The notes beneath the pieces are model-generated. The model saw nothing but the letters and a program-made list of their open reading frames with translations, had not been told where the DNA came from and made no database searches. This document shows, piece after piece, positions 48,856 to 61,593 of a DNA stretch of 64,000 bases. Source of the stretch: Takakia lepidozioides. Taxonomy: Eukaryota > Plantae > Bryophyta. A program made the position numbers and the translations under genes. How positions within the stretch are numbered: position 1 is the first letter of the stretch; each line of letters opens with the position of its first letter. The DNA is taken from the NCBI GenBank assembly GCA_030704615.1, contig CM060733.1:53568001-53632000 (forward strand), in the 5' to 3' direction.

Positions 48856-51800
48856 TCAAAAGTCCTCATCAGCAAGCCCGGGGCGGGTGACTGGCACTGC
48901 CCAACGTCCTAAATGTGCCGTATAATTCAAGCATCGAACAACCCCCTTCCCAGAAGGGCCATCAGGGAGATCTATTACACTTAGGCTCCCAGTATCTAGG
49001 TGGAATGAGCCCAAGCAGGCCTGAGTGAGCCCAAGACAATGTCCTAGCATTGCGACATGCACTGTTTCATGTCCTACCACCACTACTGTCCTTTCCTGGC
49101 TAGAACCTGCTAAAGTGCTCAACTCATTGAGCACTGCCTGCCAGGTTTGGCCTGCTCGCTCCCACAGGAGGGAGAGCTTCTCTGCACCAGGAATATCCTC
49201 ATGTTGTAGGTAGTCTTGCCACCTCTCCTGTTGTACAACTTCTCCTTTGAGCTTCCCCTGCAGAACAGATGATTGAAATTGGGTAAGGCATGTCTGCAAG
49301 ATGTCAGTTCACCATGTTCGACAAACTATATGTCAATTTACTGCTCATGCCACTTCTCCAGCCTATAGTAATTGAGGTCACAGAGAAGAAATGTATTGTT
49401 GACTCCTAATAGAGGAGGCCATGCATCAGTGCCTAGTCCCTGCTACATCTGTCCCAGTTAACACCCACATTGAAGGACACACCTCCCAGGTACAACCCTT
49501 ATGTACTGTCCCCAACTTCCCCTTGCATCCTCAGTTATATCGCATTAATTTTATTACCGTTAGATGAAACGGTTGGAGTGCATGCAAGAGCTGAATTAAA
49601 GCTGCAACATCTTGTTTAAATACAGGGAAGCCATCCTATTCATACAGTTGCAAACTCAAAACCTCCCTCACTCCAATTAATTCTTTTTTAATCTCATCTT
49701 CAAAAGCTTATTGATAGTCTCACATGCTTGTCCAGCAATAATAATAGATATTTTACAAGTATCAAACAAATAAATTACGACTTCCAACTCCAATTTACGA
49801 AAAGTACTACAATTCATGGCTCACAATTAGGTGTCTGTCCTCACGGACGTTGCATATCTGGTATTATTGGAAATATATTGGCCCATAAACATGTAGTTGT
49901 TACTTCATTTATAATTCTTGCTACCATCATCAGTATCTTGTCAATACAATTCAGACTCTTAATTATTTATGACACTCCTTTGAAATAAGGCTGTAGGAGG
50001 CCCAGAGACTTGCTGTAGCACACCTCCCAGTGCAGGAAGCAAGCTATAAAAAAAACAGGAGGGTAGAAGAGAGGCCAGGAGAATGAGAGGCACCATATGT
50101 TTTTGGAAGTACTACTCTTTGCACAATAGACAGCAGGTAAGCACAGTGTAGGAACGGGCACAAAAACTGAAATGCTTACCTGCCAGGCACCCCAGTTCAT
50201 GTCGCGAAGATCTGGCAATTCCTTCACCTCCACATATCGAGGCTTACAATTCACTCCCAAGCAGTCAGCTGCCTCCTGCACCTGCTCGTCCCTCACAATC
50301 ATGAGTTCACGTGACTTCAAGAGATTGCATAAACACCATGGGACACAAGCAGCAACAGTGCATTCTTCATATAAACGATGAAGGGTCCCAAGACCTCCTG
50401 GAAGAGACCATCACCCCTTGAACGGCACGGACTAGTATGGTACCTCAGCAATTGCACTAGCTGTGTGCTTTGCACAAGGTTGAGGGCCAGAAAGCAATAA
50501 GTCCACCTCCAAGTCCAGCAACAGCTCTGCTGCCTTGCGTGACTGTCATACCCACCCAGACTGTTAAAACAGCTACCTTCCAGCTGCCAAATTTGGATTG
50601 CGCAATGATTGACAGCATATCCTGTAGTTGTGACAGCTAGAAGTTCAAAAAAAGGAGTAAATTATGCAGCAACCCCCAGCCAGGGTTGCCTGCCATTTAA
50701 CGATTGATAAATTCACCAGGCATGCCTGCTGTCAAATTCTTTTGTTCCTCCTGATATAAAGTCGCACTCTAAGGGTAGTACCATGAAGGAAGGGCATTCA
50801 CCACCTCGGTTCTATGACAATCCCCTCTACACCTTTCAGTCTGAGATGGTAATCCTTAGTGTCATATTATTAAACTGTGGAGGGTCCAATCCAATAGAGG
50901 CCTGAGATTCAGATAAATGGATAATCCACAGCAAAACAAATCCTCGCATAATTCCATAGCTTGTTTGCACGTAGCCTGAGGAAATAACCCCTCACAATTT
51001 CTCTAGAATTCACTTTTTCTTGTACTGCACCACTCTTCTCTCAGGCTGTTGGTTTAGGCACTGCGCACACTATCTGCATTCAATCCTTCTGGGTAGCTAT
51101 TTGCATGTCAAGGCTTCGATCGAGTGCTTTCATAAAGTTTGTTTTTGGGTATTTCCCTTTGCCTTATACAAATACAATAAAAATACAAAGGGAGGAACCT
51201 GGATAATTCCCAGCATATTCATTGGTTCATTTTCCGCTGCAGCAAACCGATCCTGCACCCCACAAGCCCATATGTTAGGCCGTGAATACTTCTTTCTTGA
51301 TCGTAGTTAGTGAAGTGAATGAGAGAGCACCTGGTGCAGGTGATGCTCAACAATATTCTTCAACAGATGATATTTTGAACGGCAAAGAGAGTCTGCTGAA
51401 GCATTGCAGTAAGACTCCCTGCACTCGAGTCATCAAACATCAAACATTTCATGGTGCAGAAACACATGGAGCCCTACAGACTAAGACTGACACAGCCTAG
51501 ACTAAGCTAGCAATCACATCCGCGCTGGGAAAAATGTCACTTAAAATCTGTAATGTATAGTCCCCTAGCAATTTTGGTAGTGTTTTATTTTCCTTTCCAC
51601 TGGGAGAAGAGGAAGGGAGAGGAAAGAAAGATGACATGTGGATACAAAGGCAAGGTGCTGATGGACCTGTGGTGTGAGGGGGGCTGCATGATGATTGAGC
51701 TCTTTGAGGTCCTAACCTGAACAGAGCTGTCCGTTGCGCCATGGCACACAAGCACAATGCGTGTGCGCGCCTTGCGCCCTCCTGCCTGGGCAACTGGTGG

Positions 51801-54630
51801 GCTTGGAGTCTGCAACCCCAGCAGGCCTGCATCAATGTTATGATCCCTCTCTCTGTCATCTGCTCCTTGATAAACATCCAGACAGCAATGAATGCATTCA
51901 GAACTCCTTGGCTGCGATGCAACGGACTTATGAGTAAATAAAAATAGCATGCATACATACTAAGCAGAGAATGAAGCGCTAGTAGACAGCACAAAGATCA
52001 GGAGAGGAGAAATGTGACTGCCTGGTTGAGGCGGTCGAGGCAGACGTAGGGGGGGCCGTCCCCACTGCTTCGAGGACAAAAATCCAGCACGCTCACCCCA
52101 CAGTTACTCTGCAACAGCTGCCGAAAGTACTCTGGTCCTAGCCCTGTCCAGTGCATATTCCCCACACCCAATGAAGAATTCACCTCTTATTCTGCCTGCC
52201 TGTCTCTCTGAATCTGTGTCGGAATGGGGCTTACTCTCACCGTGCCCCCCGTCCTCTAAGCTCTATGAGCTTTCCGCGGACTTATAAAGCACCATTTCAT
52301 TTCTCTCTCAACTCCTGAGGGTGGCATTTAGATCCTGCCTGGAGTACACGTTTGGTGCCCTTCCACTGATGCTCTAGCCCCCAACCTGGCACTATGGTCT
52401 ATTTCACCCTGCAGAGTGGGATGGTCACTGAGCACAATGTCTGGAAGAAACACACCAGCACACATGAGCATGCACACATGTAGATGTACATACTCTGTGT
52501 AAAACCCTCCAGCGGTGGCAATACCCCCCAGCCTATTTCCTTATGAATATGTGACTACCTGTCCCTCCCTCTCCAAGCTAGACAGCAGTGAGCTCATCCA
52601 CTTTCCTCCTACCGAGTTTACAGTGCTGTTTAAGAGGAAAAATAAGTTGAAAGCACCAAGGCAGAGGACAGACCTGTAGCAGTAGCAACAAGAGCTTGGT
52701 TAACAGCGTTATGGGCTACAACCAAAATGGAGCTGCCTTTGCTGTTGAGAATGCTGCCCCAGCATTTCTGGGCACGTACCCAGAGCTCACGCACAGGGTA
52801 GTGTCCATCAATCACAAAATTCACTGCATCTTTTTGCCACATCCGATATGCATCGCCATACAAATCTTTCCCTTCATCTTTCAAAAGCCCCTGACAAATT
52901 GTGCGATGGAATTCATGAGTGTACAGGTGAGGCCATCCCTTCAGAGCATGACCAACTAGGCTACTGCACTGTCAGTCTTGTCTCTTGACCAAAGCCCAAA
53001 CAACACAACTTGGAACTACCCTGCAAAATGAACACATATAGACTCTGTCTACCACAAACATATTATAAGTCAAACCATCAGATGGCATGGACAATATTCC
53101 TCAACTACTGGCTAGCGGCTAGGATATGCATACTCTGGGGCTTAGTAGAGGGAGAAAGAAAGTGAATGCAAAAGTCCATATGATACCTGGAAAGAATATA
53201 GATCAATCTCGCGTAGATCATGAAGTGGAATCAGTGCACTCTTACGAGTATCCCAGATGATCTCTGCAGTGCGCTTGGCCCTTGCAAGGGGACTTACCCC
53301 ACCCAACCCCTATACAATCAGTTCACAAATTCCTTTCTCTTTCACCGGTGCTTCAAGCCTCTTTTTCTCCTCACCATGGGTGTCATGAAGTTACTTTCAT
53401 TTCTCTCCCATAATAGACAATACTGAATGGAAGCAATGTATAGAGCTACCCCAATCGAGAAAACCTGATAAAGCATGTGTCGAACGAATCAGCTAGTAAC
53501 ATTTGGCGAGAGGTTTCTGCCTGACTCTCGCCTTTGCGAGTGAGAATGGCGTAATCAGAGCTGCCCTGGATGCGACCTGCTTCATTCCAGGTGCTCTCAC
53601 CATGTCGCACAAGAACCACCCGCATGTGTGCTTGTATAGGTGGCAGTGCATCATAGTCTGGTACAATCATCTGCAGGCTTCCTTTCAAACTGGGGGACTC
53701 CATAGCCTTGCCTGCGCCTGCGACTGCGGCCATCACCACAAACCTTGGCCTTTGCTGCAGATCCATAAGATGGACAATTTGGGAGTTGTCTTGACATCAT
53801 CTATGCTACTCACCAATCATGTCCTTATATTCTCTCCGTGGTGACTTATCTTTAACTTGGGTTAATATCAAGGCCTAATAACTGGAAATCTGCCTACACC
53901 GTGTTGAGAGCAACCTGTATGTGTTCACCCCTTCTTCAACAAAGAAACAATGTGAATGAGTGAAATTGAGCTACAATATCTACATTCTGAGAGCCTAAGC
54001 AAAGCCCCACCAGCAGATGCCATCAACAAGCAGACTCTTGGCAATCTAAATATTGTGCTTGCACTGAGCACAGAATCTTAAAAAGAGAGTGTCAGGGAAA
54101 GCTCCTGTTAAACAAATTATGGTTTCAGTTGTGTAAGTCCATTTGCTGTGGATGTGGTAGTTTCAAAGGACAGGAGACTGACAGTAGAAAAAAAGCTAGC
54201 TTATAATATTTTGTCCTTCAAAACGAGGTGTCTTTGTAAAGTTCACATCAAAACACTTCCAAAGAGAGACATATCTAGTTTTATTTTTACAATGGGATTG
54301 TTGAAATTGATTCTGTTACCATTTGCATGCACAACTGCGAGTCAGGCTAAAAAATTTGATACTCATAAAAAGGAAATTCCTGTCACTTGAAATCCTCACA
54401 CATACATACCATTGGGCTTCACTGCCTAGCAATGGTGCTAAGAGACATCAAAAGTCACAGGTGATGTACATTCTGTTGGACATGTGCCCTTCATACCAGA
54501 TCATCGCCCCGCTGGTGAGCCAGCTGGGCTTTGTGGCAACTTTGAAGAGGTTGAAAACCAATTCCAACATCACTTGAGCAATTCAGAGAGCAAACCCCAT
54601 TGCGCCCTTCTCCTTGAATTGAAAGCCTTT
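48856..54630 (-). CDS. 2-carboxy-D-arabinitol-1-phosphatase-like protein (two histidine-phosphatase/PGM domains), multi-exon; 5' end uncertain
   Basis: RVVLVRHGESTWNEAGRIQGSSD, DLREIDLYSFQ, GHYPVRELW, LVVAHNAVNQAL, QSNCGVSVLDF, RIVLVCHG, LRDMNWGAWQ, VVRCLNYTAHLGRW...DEDF*. An upstream exon at ~54494-54630 is plausible; the start codon was not determined. Confidence 0.88.
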
Positions 54631-56731
54631 CTATATATTACTTGGCAGTCGTGAGAAAGGGAGGCCAGCTCACAAAACACTAGATTGCACAGAACGAACA
54701 TAGGTAATCTACAATCAGATTCGCAAAAGAAAACAACTGTTTACAATACAGGCAGATTGATTTAACCAAATTTGTAACTTGGTCAAGTTGGTAACCAAAT
54801 TGAGAGGAGTATTTACCAAGCATTTTGGCGAAGAGTGACTGTAAGAAAATATCCTGGATCCCAGCCATAAGGATTGCAGCGGGTTCAATATGGCACAGCG
54901 TCTGTCAGGCAACGCTGCACATACTACAAGCATGCTGCCTTGCCGCACAGCTCGAGAAGATTTCCGGGGAACACGGGGCTGAAACTGTTGCTCAAACGAA
55001 TTTGGCAGTCCGTTTAACAGAACTTGTCTTCAAGAGCAGTTCTCTCAAAGGCACTCCATCTGAGAAAACACCGCTGCCCCTTTCGCAGTTGGGCACTTTC
55101 GTACTTCAGAAGAGCTGATCCTCAGCCAGCGCACGCAATTCATGTCGCATATATGGGATCATGAGCCGAAATAATATGAACTTGACAATCAAGGTTGCTG
55201 TTGAGGTTACCCAAACAGAACCGAATCGGGGAGGCTCATCCACGCTTAAGGAAATTCTCTACTGCAATGTCTGGGCTCCGTTCTCTTCACTTGAGCTCAA
55301 TTTCTGGTCTAACACGAGCTCACAATGAGCCACCCTTATTGGAGCTCCTGCCTCAAGAGAAAAACTCACTGGAGCTTCAGCAGCTGCTACTGATGCAGAT
55401 TGCGCGCCGTACAGAAGTCTGACCATCCCTAAACGACTCTCTTTGCCTGTTCTCCTCTTCCTTCGCTGTTTTCCCGATATAAAGGAAGTGCATAGCAACT
55501 TGCTATTGGGTGGTGGTTACTCACCGCATTCTAGCGCAGCTTTTCATCTTGAGCAACTTTTACTCCTTGAAACTCTCAAAGTAGGCCTACCATTTCGCGT
55601 CAACCCAGCTCGGGAGTCAAAAGATATCGAGTTTTCCAAGACAAATTTCGAGGATCTCATTCCAACAATGTTCCATTTGCCAGGGAAGCGGCATGAGGAA
55701 GAGATTTGAACTCCGGCCTACTCAAGTGACTTCACCACAACGAACTGGGTATTCATTCACTCCTGCGGTTCAAATTGAAAGGTTGATACTCGTCTGGATA
55801 GGCTACACATCCGTTTTCTGGCCAAGCAAATCACTTGATCAAGCATCTTTCATCACGAGTCAACTGCATTTTGACGAAATTTGTGAGAAGCCTACGATCT
55901 GCTAACACATGGATATTACATACGGACCACGTGACTAATGGCGTGCAGGAAGTGTTGTTACTTGCAAGGTTTGCGGAGACACGACATGAGAAGATAGTTA
56001 TGAGGTGGAAATGAGGTGGAAGCGGTGTGTGCAAATGGAACAACTTGCCCTTGTTAGTTGGTCCTCTATCAAAAAAGAAACGCCCATCAGAGCATTACTC
56101 GAGGTTGAGCTCTCCAGTACCACATAATTTCTGTAACGCTCATTCATTTGCCCTGAAAGTTGGTCAAGAATGTCCACAAATCTTCATAATGTAAGATGTC
56201 TTCAGACGTACACTTGCATCTCCTTTTGCAGCGTTAAAACTGTCCTGCAAGTCAGGTTTTGCAGAGCTCTGGACAACTTTAAGGACAGCTCACTTGTAAA
56301 AGTGGGGAGTGGGGTAATTTACTTATGCATGATCAACTAGGGGACTTGGGTAGAACGCGAGGTCAAGAGATTACTCCAACACAATTTATACATTTGAACG
56401 ATGGACTGATTGCCGGGCGCCGATTGTGGGACGCCCAAAAGGTGGAACAAATGCTTCAAGAAACGAAGGTTTTGAATCAAACTCATTTGTTTGTGTTGTG
56501 CTGACTATCTGTACGCTGAAGTGCATACCAGTATTTCAATGAATGTGCAGACAAAAACCTATCACTTGCCTACCAGAACCAACCACAGCAACTAAACTAT
56601 ACTTTGTTACAACGACACTTTCTTCCCTACGTCTTGCAAACGGGTCCATGTGCTAAAAACCAATCATGGAATATTTCAAACAGCACAAAAAGGGCAAGAC
56701 AACATTGCCGTAAAGTGGTGCGAGGTTACTT

Positions 56732-58820
56732 TTAAGCCAGTACAGGAGTGCAACAGCTCTTAAGAATGTCATCTATGTCAGCATGGTCTCCGGTGGCTTC
56801 ATCCTTCCGAGCATACAACAGTGTTGTCCCCTCGAACACATACACTCCTCCCTGCCACACACTTGAAAGTTAATGTCTCCAAACGAAAACCGCAAAACAT
56901 GGCTAAGGCGTTCAGGCCCCAGGGAGGATGATGAGGATAAATGTTTCCACTTGCAAGTAAACAGGCATGAGAAATGAAATGAAATGAAATGGTACTTTTT
57001 TCGTGAGAGAAAGAGATAAAGAAAGGGCTCCGATAACATTCACAGGAGGGGGAGGGAGGTGAAAGAGAGAGATATGTGAGTGGCGAAAAAGTGTTTGACA
57101 ATCACTATATTCACAAAGATTAAGGCAAACCAGCAAATGGAAATGGAAACATATTAGTTAGCAATGACCTGCTGGAGGGTGGCGGCAGGGTTGTCAGGCA
57201 TAACCTCAAGGTTATACCCTTTCACTGCTTTGGCGACGGCATCCATCCTACCAAATATTTTGACCTGCAATGGAAACGTAATTTGTAAGCTCTCTAGGCA
57301 TTTCTTCACTTGATGGACATGTTTCTCTAATTCAAGCTCTGTGCTGTGAAGTCTTTTTCCAATTTCCCCAAGGGCAAGGCAATATGAGTCTTGAAGAAGG
57401 CCCTTTCACACATTATTCTCATGAAGACCACAACAGTAAGATTCAAAGGAAACGGAAAACCACTCGGTGATATGATTATTTCCATGTGGAAAATCAGTTT
57501 CCATACACTTTGCAAAACTTACACTAGCTGGATTCAGAAAGGTGCGGCCCACTCCATAGTAAAGCCCCAATGCATCATACGCCTGCCATTCCATTTCAAT
57601 ACAAATTAGAAAACTAGAACTTTCAACAGTCGCTGCTTCTCAATTCCCAATGAGCCATGAACCTGCAGTAGAGGAAGGTGAAGAACAGGAAGGCCTGCTG
57701 GCCACTGCAGAGGAAGAGACCAAGCCGTCAGCCACTGGAGAATGTCCCAATAAGTACATCTGTGCAGTTTCACATTGCCAGTGAAAAAATAGCAGAGGAC
57801 CTGTCAGGTCATGCAGCACCATGCCACATAGAATGTAGTGGAACTTGTGACCCAGGTACCAATCCTGTGAAACGTGAGATATCGCAAACGGCAACATACC
57901 TTGCGGTCAGGATCAGCATAGAGGCACTCACTTGGAAACGGCAACTGCCACCACCAGCAAGAATGTTAACACCCAATGTCAAAACATCATCAAACCAGGA
58001 ATTCAGCAAAGCACCATCTACATTCACATGACACAAGAATGAGGGAGAATGCTTAGGTTGTGGGTTTCAGAGCTGACCATCCCAAAATCACAGAAGTATC
58101 CCCAAGCGATGTTCATCAGAGTGTAAGATGAAGAAAGGTCCGGAAAACCGCACCTTTTCTGCAAGTACGCGAGCTTTCTCTGGGGGCCCAACGCCGATGG
58201 TGATGAGCTTGAACCCTGCGGCATCAAACTTCGGCTTTGCGTCTCGTAAGGCTGCTGCGAACTCCCAGCTGCCACACTATCCTTTGTAAGTTCTTGCATT
58301 CCTTGCAATTAATCCTAACTGCAATATTGACCCCACAACTCAATCACACGAGAACAATGTCACCATCCCTTGACGAGTTTTTATGCAAAAGTCCAAATTT
58401 TAGTCTCCACACTAGCTAGTTGGCATCCGCTAGTGAAAGGCGCCTAAGATTGTCACAGAATTGTCGAGGGGAACAGGCGCTCTCTCTCTCCCTCGTTGCG
58501 GAGCATTTCGCTTCAGCACTACACTGCCATACATGTGTGAGAGATTCGATCCCAAAGAAAGCTAAACAGTAGCTCACCAGAAAGGACACCCAAAATGCCT
58601 TAAGAATGCCACCACTGCCTTCCCCTGCACCAACATCACTCCGCCAATTCAGACCAGTTTATCAGACTATTCCAGACTTTCCGCAGTGCTTCTATTGCCC
58701 GCCTAACTTCGCATCATTTGTCTGCAACATATGAGGATCCACACTCAGTTCTCAATGACATTCCGAGAAGAAAGGAATCGGTGCACACAGCGAGAGAGAG
58801 CGAGAGAGAGAGAGAGAGAG

Positions 58821-58857
<37 letters not shown>

Positions 58858-59271
58858 CAGAAATCTTATCATACACAAAAACGAGTAGATAGACTGACAA
58901 ACAGTCTGAGTTCCAACTTCCAGCATAAATTCCAAAAACAGAGGTTTGAGATTGAGGATGCAACATACATCCTCTTGGACCCACAAATCCTTGAATTGCA
59001 CAGATTCGCCCTCTGCCGTGAAGATAGAAATGGGAGCAAGGGCCGTGATATCAACGGCTCCCACTGCCGCCCGTGCAACACCTGGTCTCTGAATCAACCT
59101 TGTCCTTGATTTACCTTGTCGAGATGAGAGTGAAAGAACACGGCGTATGGAGAAAGAAGGCGACAGAGCGAACTGCACAGGCGGACAGAGACGAGGTGTG
59201 ATTCGCGGGGAGGATGCTTTCGCAGCTGCGATCTCCGTTCCAGTACCAGTTCTTAGCATTACGCCCTCCAT
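56732..59271 (-). CDS. Thioredoxin-like AhpC/TSA-domain protein (AAED1/PRXL2-like), probably plastid-targeted, multi-exon
   Basis: Transit-peptide-like N-terminus, then IFTAEGESVQFKDLW|GKAVVAFLRHFGCPF|WEFAAAL...LITIGVGPPEKA|LPFPSECLYADPDRK|AYDALGLYYGVGRTF|...LQQ|GGVYVFEGTTLLYARKDEATGDHA...*. Confidence 0.9.
58793..58852. repeat. Compound (GA)n(GT)n microsatellite in intron 1 of the AAED1-like gene
   Basis: Seen directly in the sequence. Confidence 0.95.
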
Positions 59272-60436
59272 ATTCTTCTATCGATGTGGCCTTAAACCTC
59301 CACCCCCTCTCTATATGAATGCTTGCGTCCCTCCCCCTGTCTCTCTGTCTTTATCCTCAGCTGCTTCTCTTCCCACAAATCCTCACACAGCCCCAAAACT
59401 AAATCCTTTGCAGAGATGCGAGTATGTTCAGGATGGTAGGTAGACTCAATTGACATTGAAACTCGTGTTTCTCTCTCCGCATGCATTGTACACTTGGCAA
59501 CGGCGGGAGGCTCGTGAAGAGACCGGCCGACTACTACGTGTTTGAATTTTAGCCTTAAAATCAGACCCTTTGATCTGATCTTTAAGCAAACTCTCTCCAT
59601 ATTTCGAAAGCACACTGGCTGGCTACAGGTTAGTACAGGATCGTGTGTTTACTTGAGAAAGAGTGCAACCCAAAGTGAACCCGCCCTTTGTGAGCGCATT
59701 CATGAAGGAATGCAATTGGCAGGCGGTCAACCCGCAGAGAGCCATCATGGAAAGCTCCCAGCTGTTCAGTACTGTAGTTGGGTCATTACACTGAAGTTGA
59801 GGACGATGGACCTGACTTGGCCGGTCAAACAGACTGACTGTGGTGCTTTTACTTACGATTTCATCGTCGGCATATCCGAGTCCGGATCAAAGCAACTGTG
59901 GGTCCTTGTTTACCAGAAAGAATTGAAAAGAACCCAAGAGAAATTCAGATGTGAAAGGAACCTTCAGCGAGAACTAGAAAATATCCCGAACCTGTTCAGT
60001 GTGGGTCGCCGCTTTGCAAAATCCGCAGTATATTCCAGCTGCACTGTCGGCCAAAGTAAGACTTGCCACCAATAAATAGTTTGTTCTAGAGCTTCAGATT
60101 TGTGCCATGAAATCTGGGCTTCTATTTCCCTCTTAGAAGATTGTCTCTTGAAAGCTGCTCTCTCTCTCTCTCTCTCTCAACTCCATGATACAAATTCTAC
60201 GTGATCTCAGTCTCTTCTGTCAACATCTGGTTGCTTGATCTGGTCTTCGATTGAGCAGTCACTGCAGTTCACTCTTTCACGTATATCTTCTCTTTGCCTC
60301 GTCCGTAAGCCCAATGCAATTGTAAATGCTCAGTTCTTCTTTCGCTTTCTCCACTCGAGCTTCTGGTAGAATTTGAATCTGTTCTCCTCTTCGGTTCCGA
60401 CGTCTAAAGGCGGCATTGGTGAAACATCCTGGACAA

Positions 60437-60928
60437 ATGGATCGAGTGTCAGCAGTCATAGTTGGCATAGCCGTGTGCATCTTCGCAGGGATGGCATGCG
60501 CCCAGCAGCCGCCAGCACAGGCTGGGGTGTACCCAGACCCAAACTTGACCCCAGGAAATGTTCAGGAAACTGACTACACAGTTTTCTGTGTGCGAGGCTG
60601 GCCATCATCCCACCGAAATGTGTCACAGGCCGAAAAGGATGATGTCTACAGCAATTATGGGCTGCCCGGTGGTGATTACACTGGATATTGCTCCAACGGC
60701 TGCGAAATGGATCACCTCATTCCACTGGAGCTTGGCGGGGCCAACGACGAAACCAACCTGTGGCCTCAGTTGTACACAGGAGATTGGAATGCACATACCA
60801 AAGATGCACTGGAGAATCAGATGAAAAAATTGGTCTGTTGCCAGGCTTTGGACGCTAGCGTTGCCACCACCGCTATTTCTACCGACTGGATTAAGGCTTA
60901 CAACACCTACATGAGCCAGAGCTGTTAG
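60437..60928 (+). CDS. Intronless secreted HNH-like (His-Me finger) protein of bacterial type, 163 aa
   Basis: Open ORF from ATG 60437. Hydrophobic signal peptide (VSAVIVGIAVCIFAGMACA), then YPDPNLTPG...EMDHLIPLELGGANDETNLWPQ...NAHTKDALEN...LVC...AISTDWIKAY. Confidence 0.8.
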   Translation: MDRVSAVIVGIAVCIFAGMACAQQPPAQAGVYPDPNLTPGNVQETDYTVFCVRGWPSSHRNVSQAEKDDVYSNYGLPGGDYTGYCSNGCEMDHLIPLELGGANDETNLWPQLYTGDWNAHTKDALENQMKKLVCCQALDASVATTAISTDWIKAYNTYMSQSC

Positions 60929-61593
60929 ATCAACGCCTGTCTCATGCACTAGTCAGAACTCACCGAAAAACCACAAAATCCCAAAATACAACTGTTATCC
61001 AAGACTCTTCCGTGAAGGTCTCAAAGACTCGGGCATCTAACTCGCAGAGATCTTTGCATACTGTGGAATTGTAGGAAACACAATATTCTTTGTGGCTGAT
61101 CAAATCATACTGCTGCAAATTGTTTCTGGATGGAGATGCAAATAAGGTTGCTGACGAGAGCATACCTGTAGGGCTCTGGTAGACTGTAGTATGAGAACAT
61201 GCACACAATGACATTGTTTAGGACTCTCAAATAAGGTGAATCTTGTCGTACTAGAGCTTGAGTTGCTCTTCAGTTTTGCTGCTTTTGTGAGCTGCTGTAA
61301 TGCCACTGGGATAGCTGAAGTTCTCTTCCCAATAAAACATTCTCAATCTTCAACAATGTCAGGGACGCGCAGATCCTCATTCTTTGCTTTATTGCCAAGT
61401 CGGGTATCTTCCAATTCAACAAAATGAAGGTAGACAATTGACGAGACACATTATCCAATTACAAGGAGCATCCAACAGTGATCCCAAAGTTCAGGAATGA
61501 GGTGAAAAAGAGGGAAAAAGAAGAGAATACTGAACTTCACACAAAAACCCACTGGTAAGTACTGAACAATGCCAAATGCCTGAATGTGGGATA

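Noticed and set aside
54870-55500. Candidate first exon(s) of the CA1P-phosphatase-like gene
   Set aside because: I could not establish a consistent start codon and splice frame.
59542-60075. 177-aa plus-strand ORF upstream of the HNH-like gene
   Set aside because: Non-ATG start, no motifs, and it lies in the intergenic promoter region.
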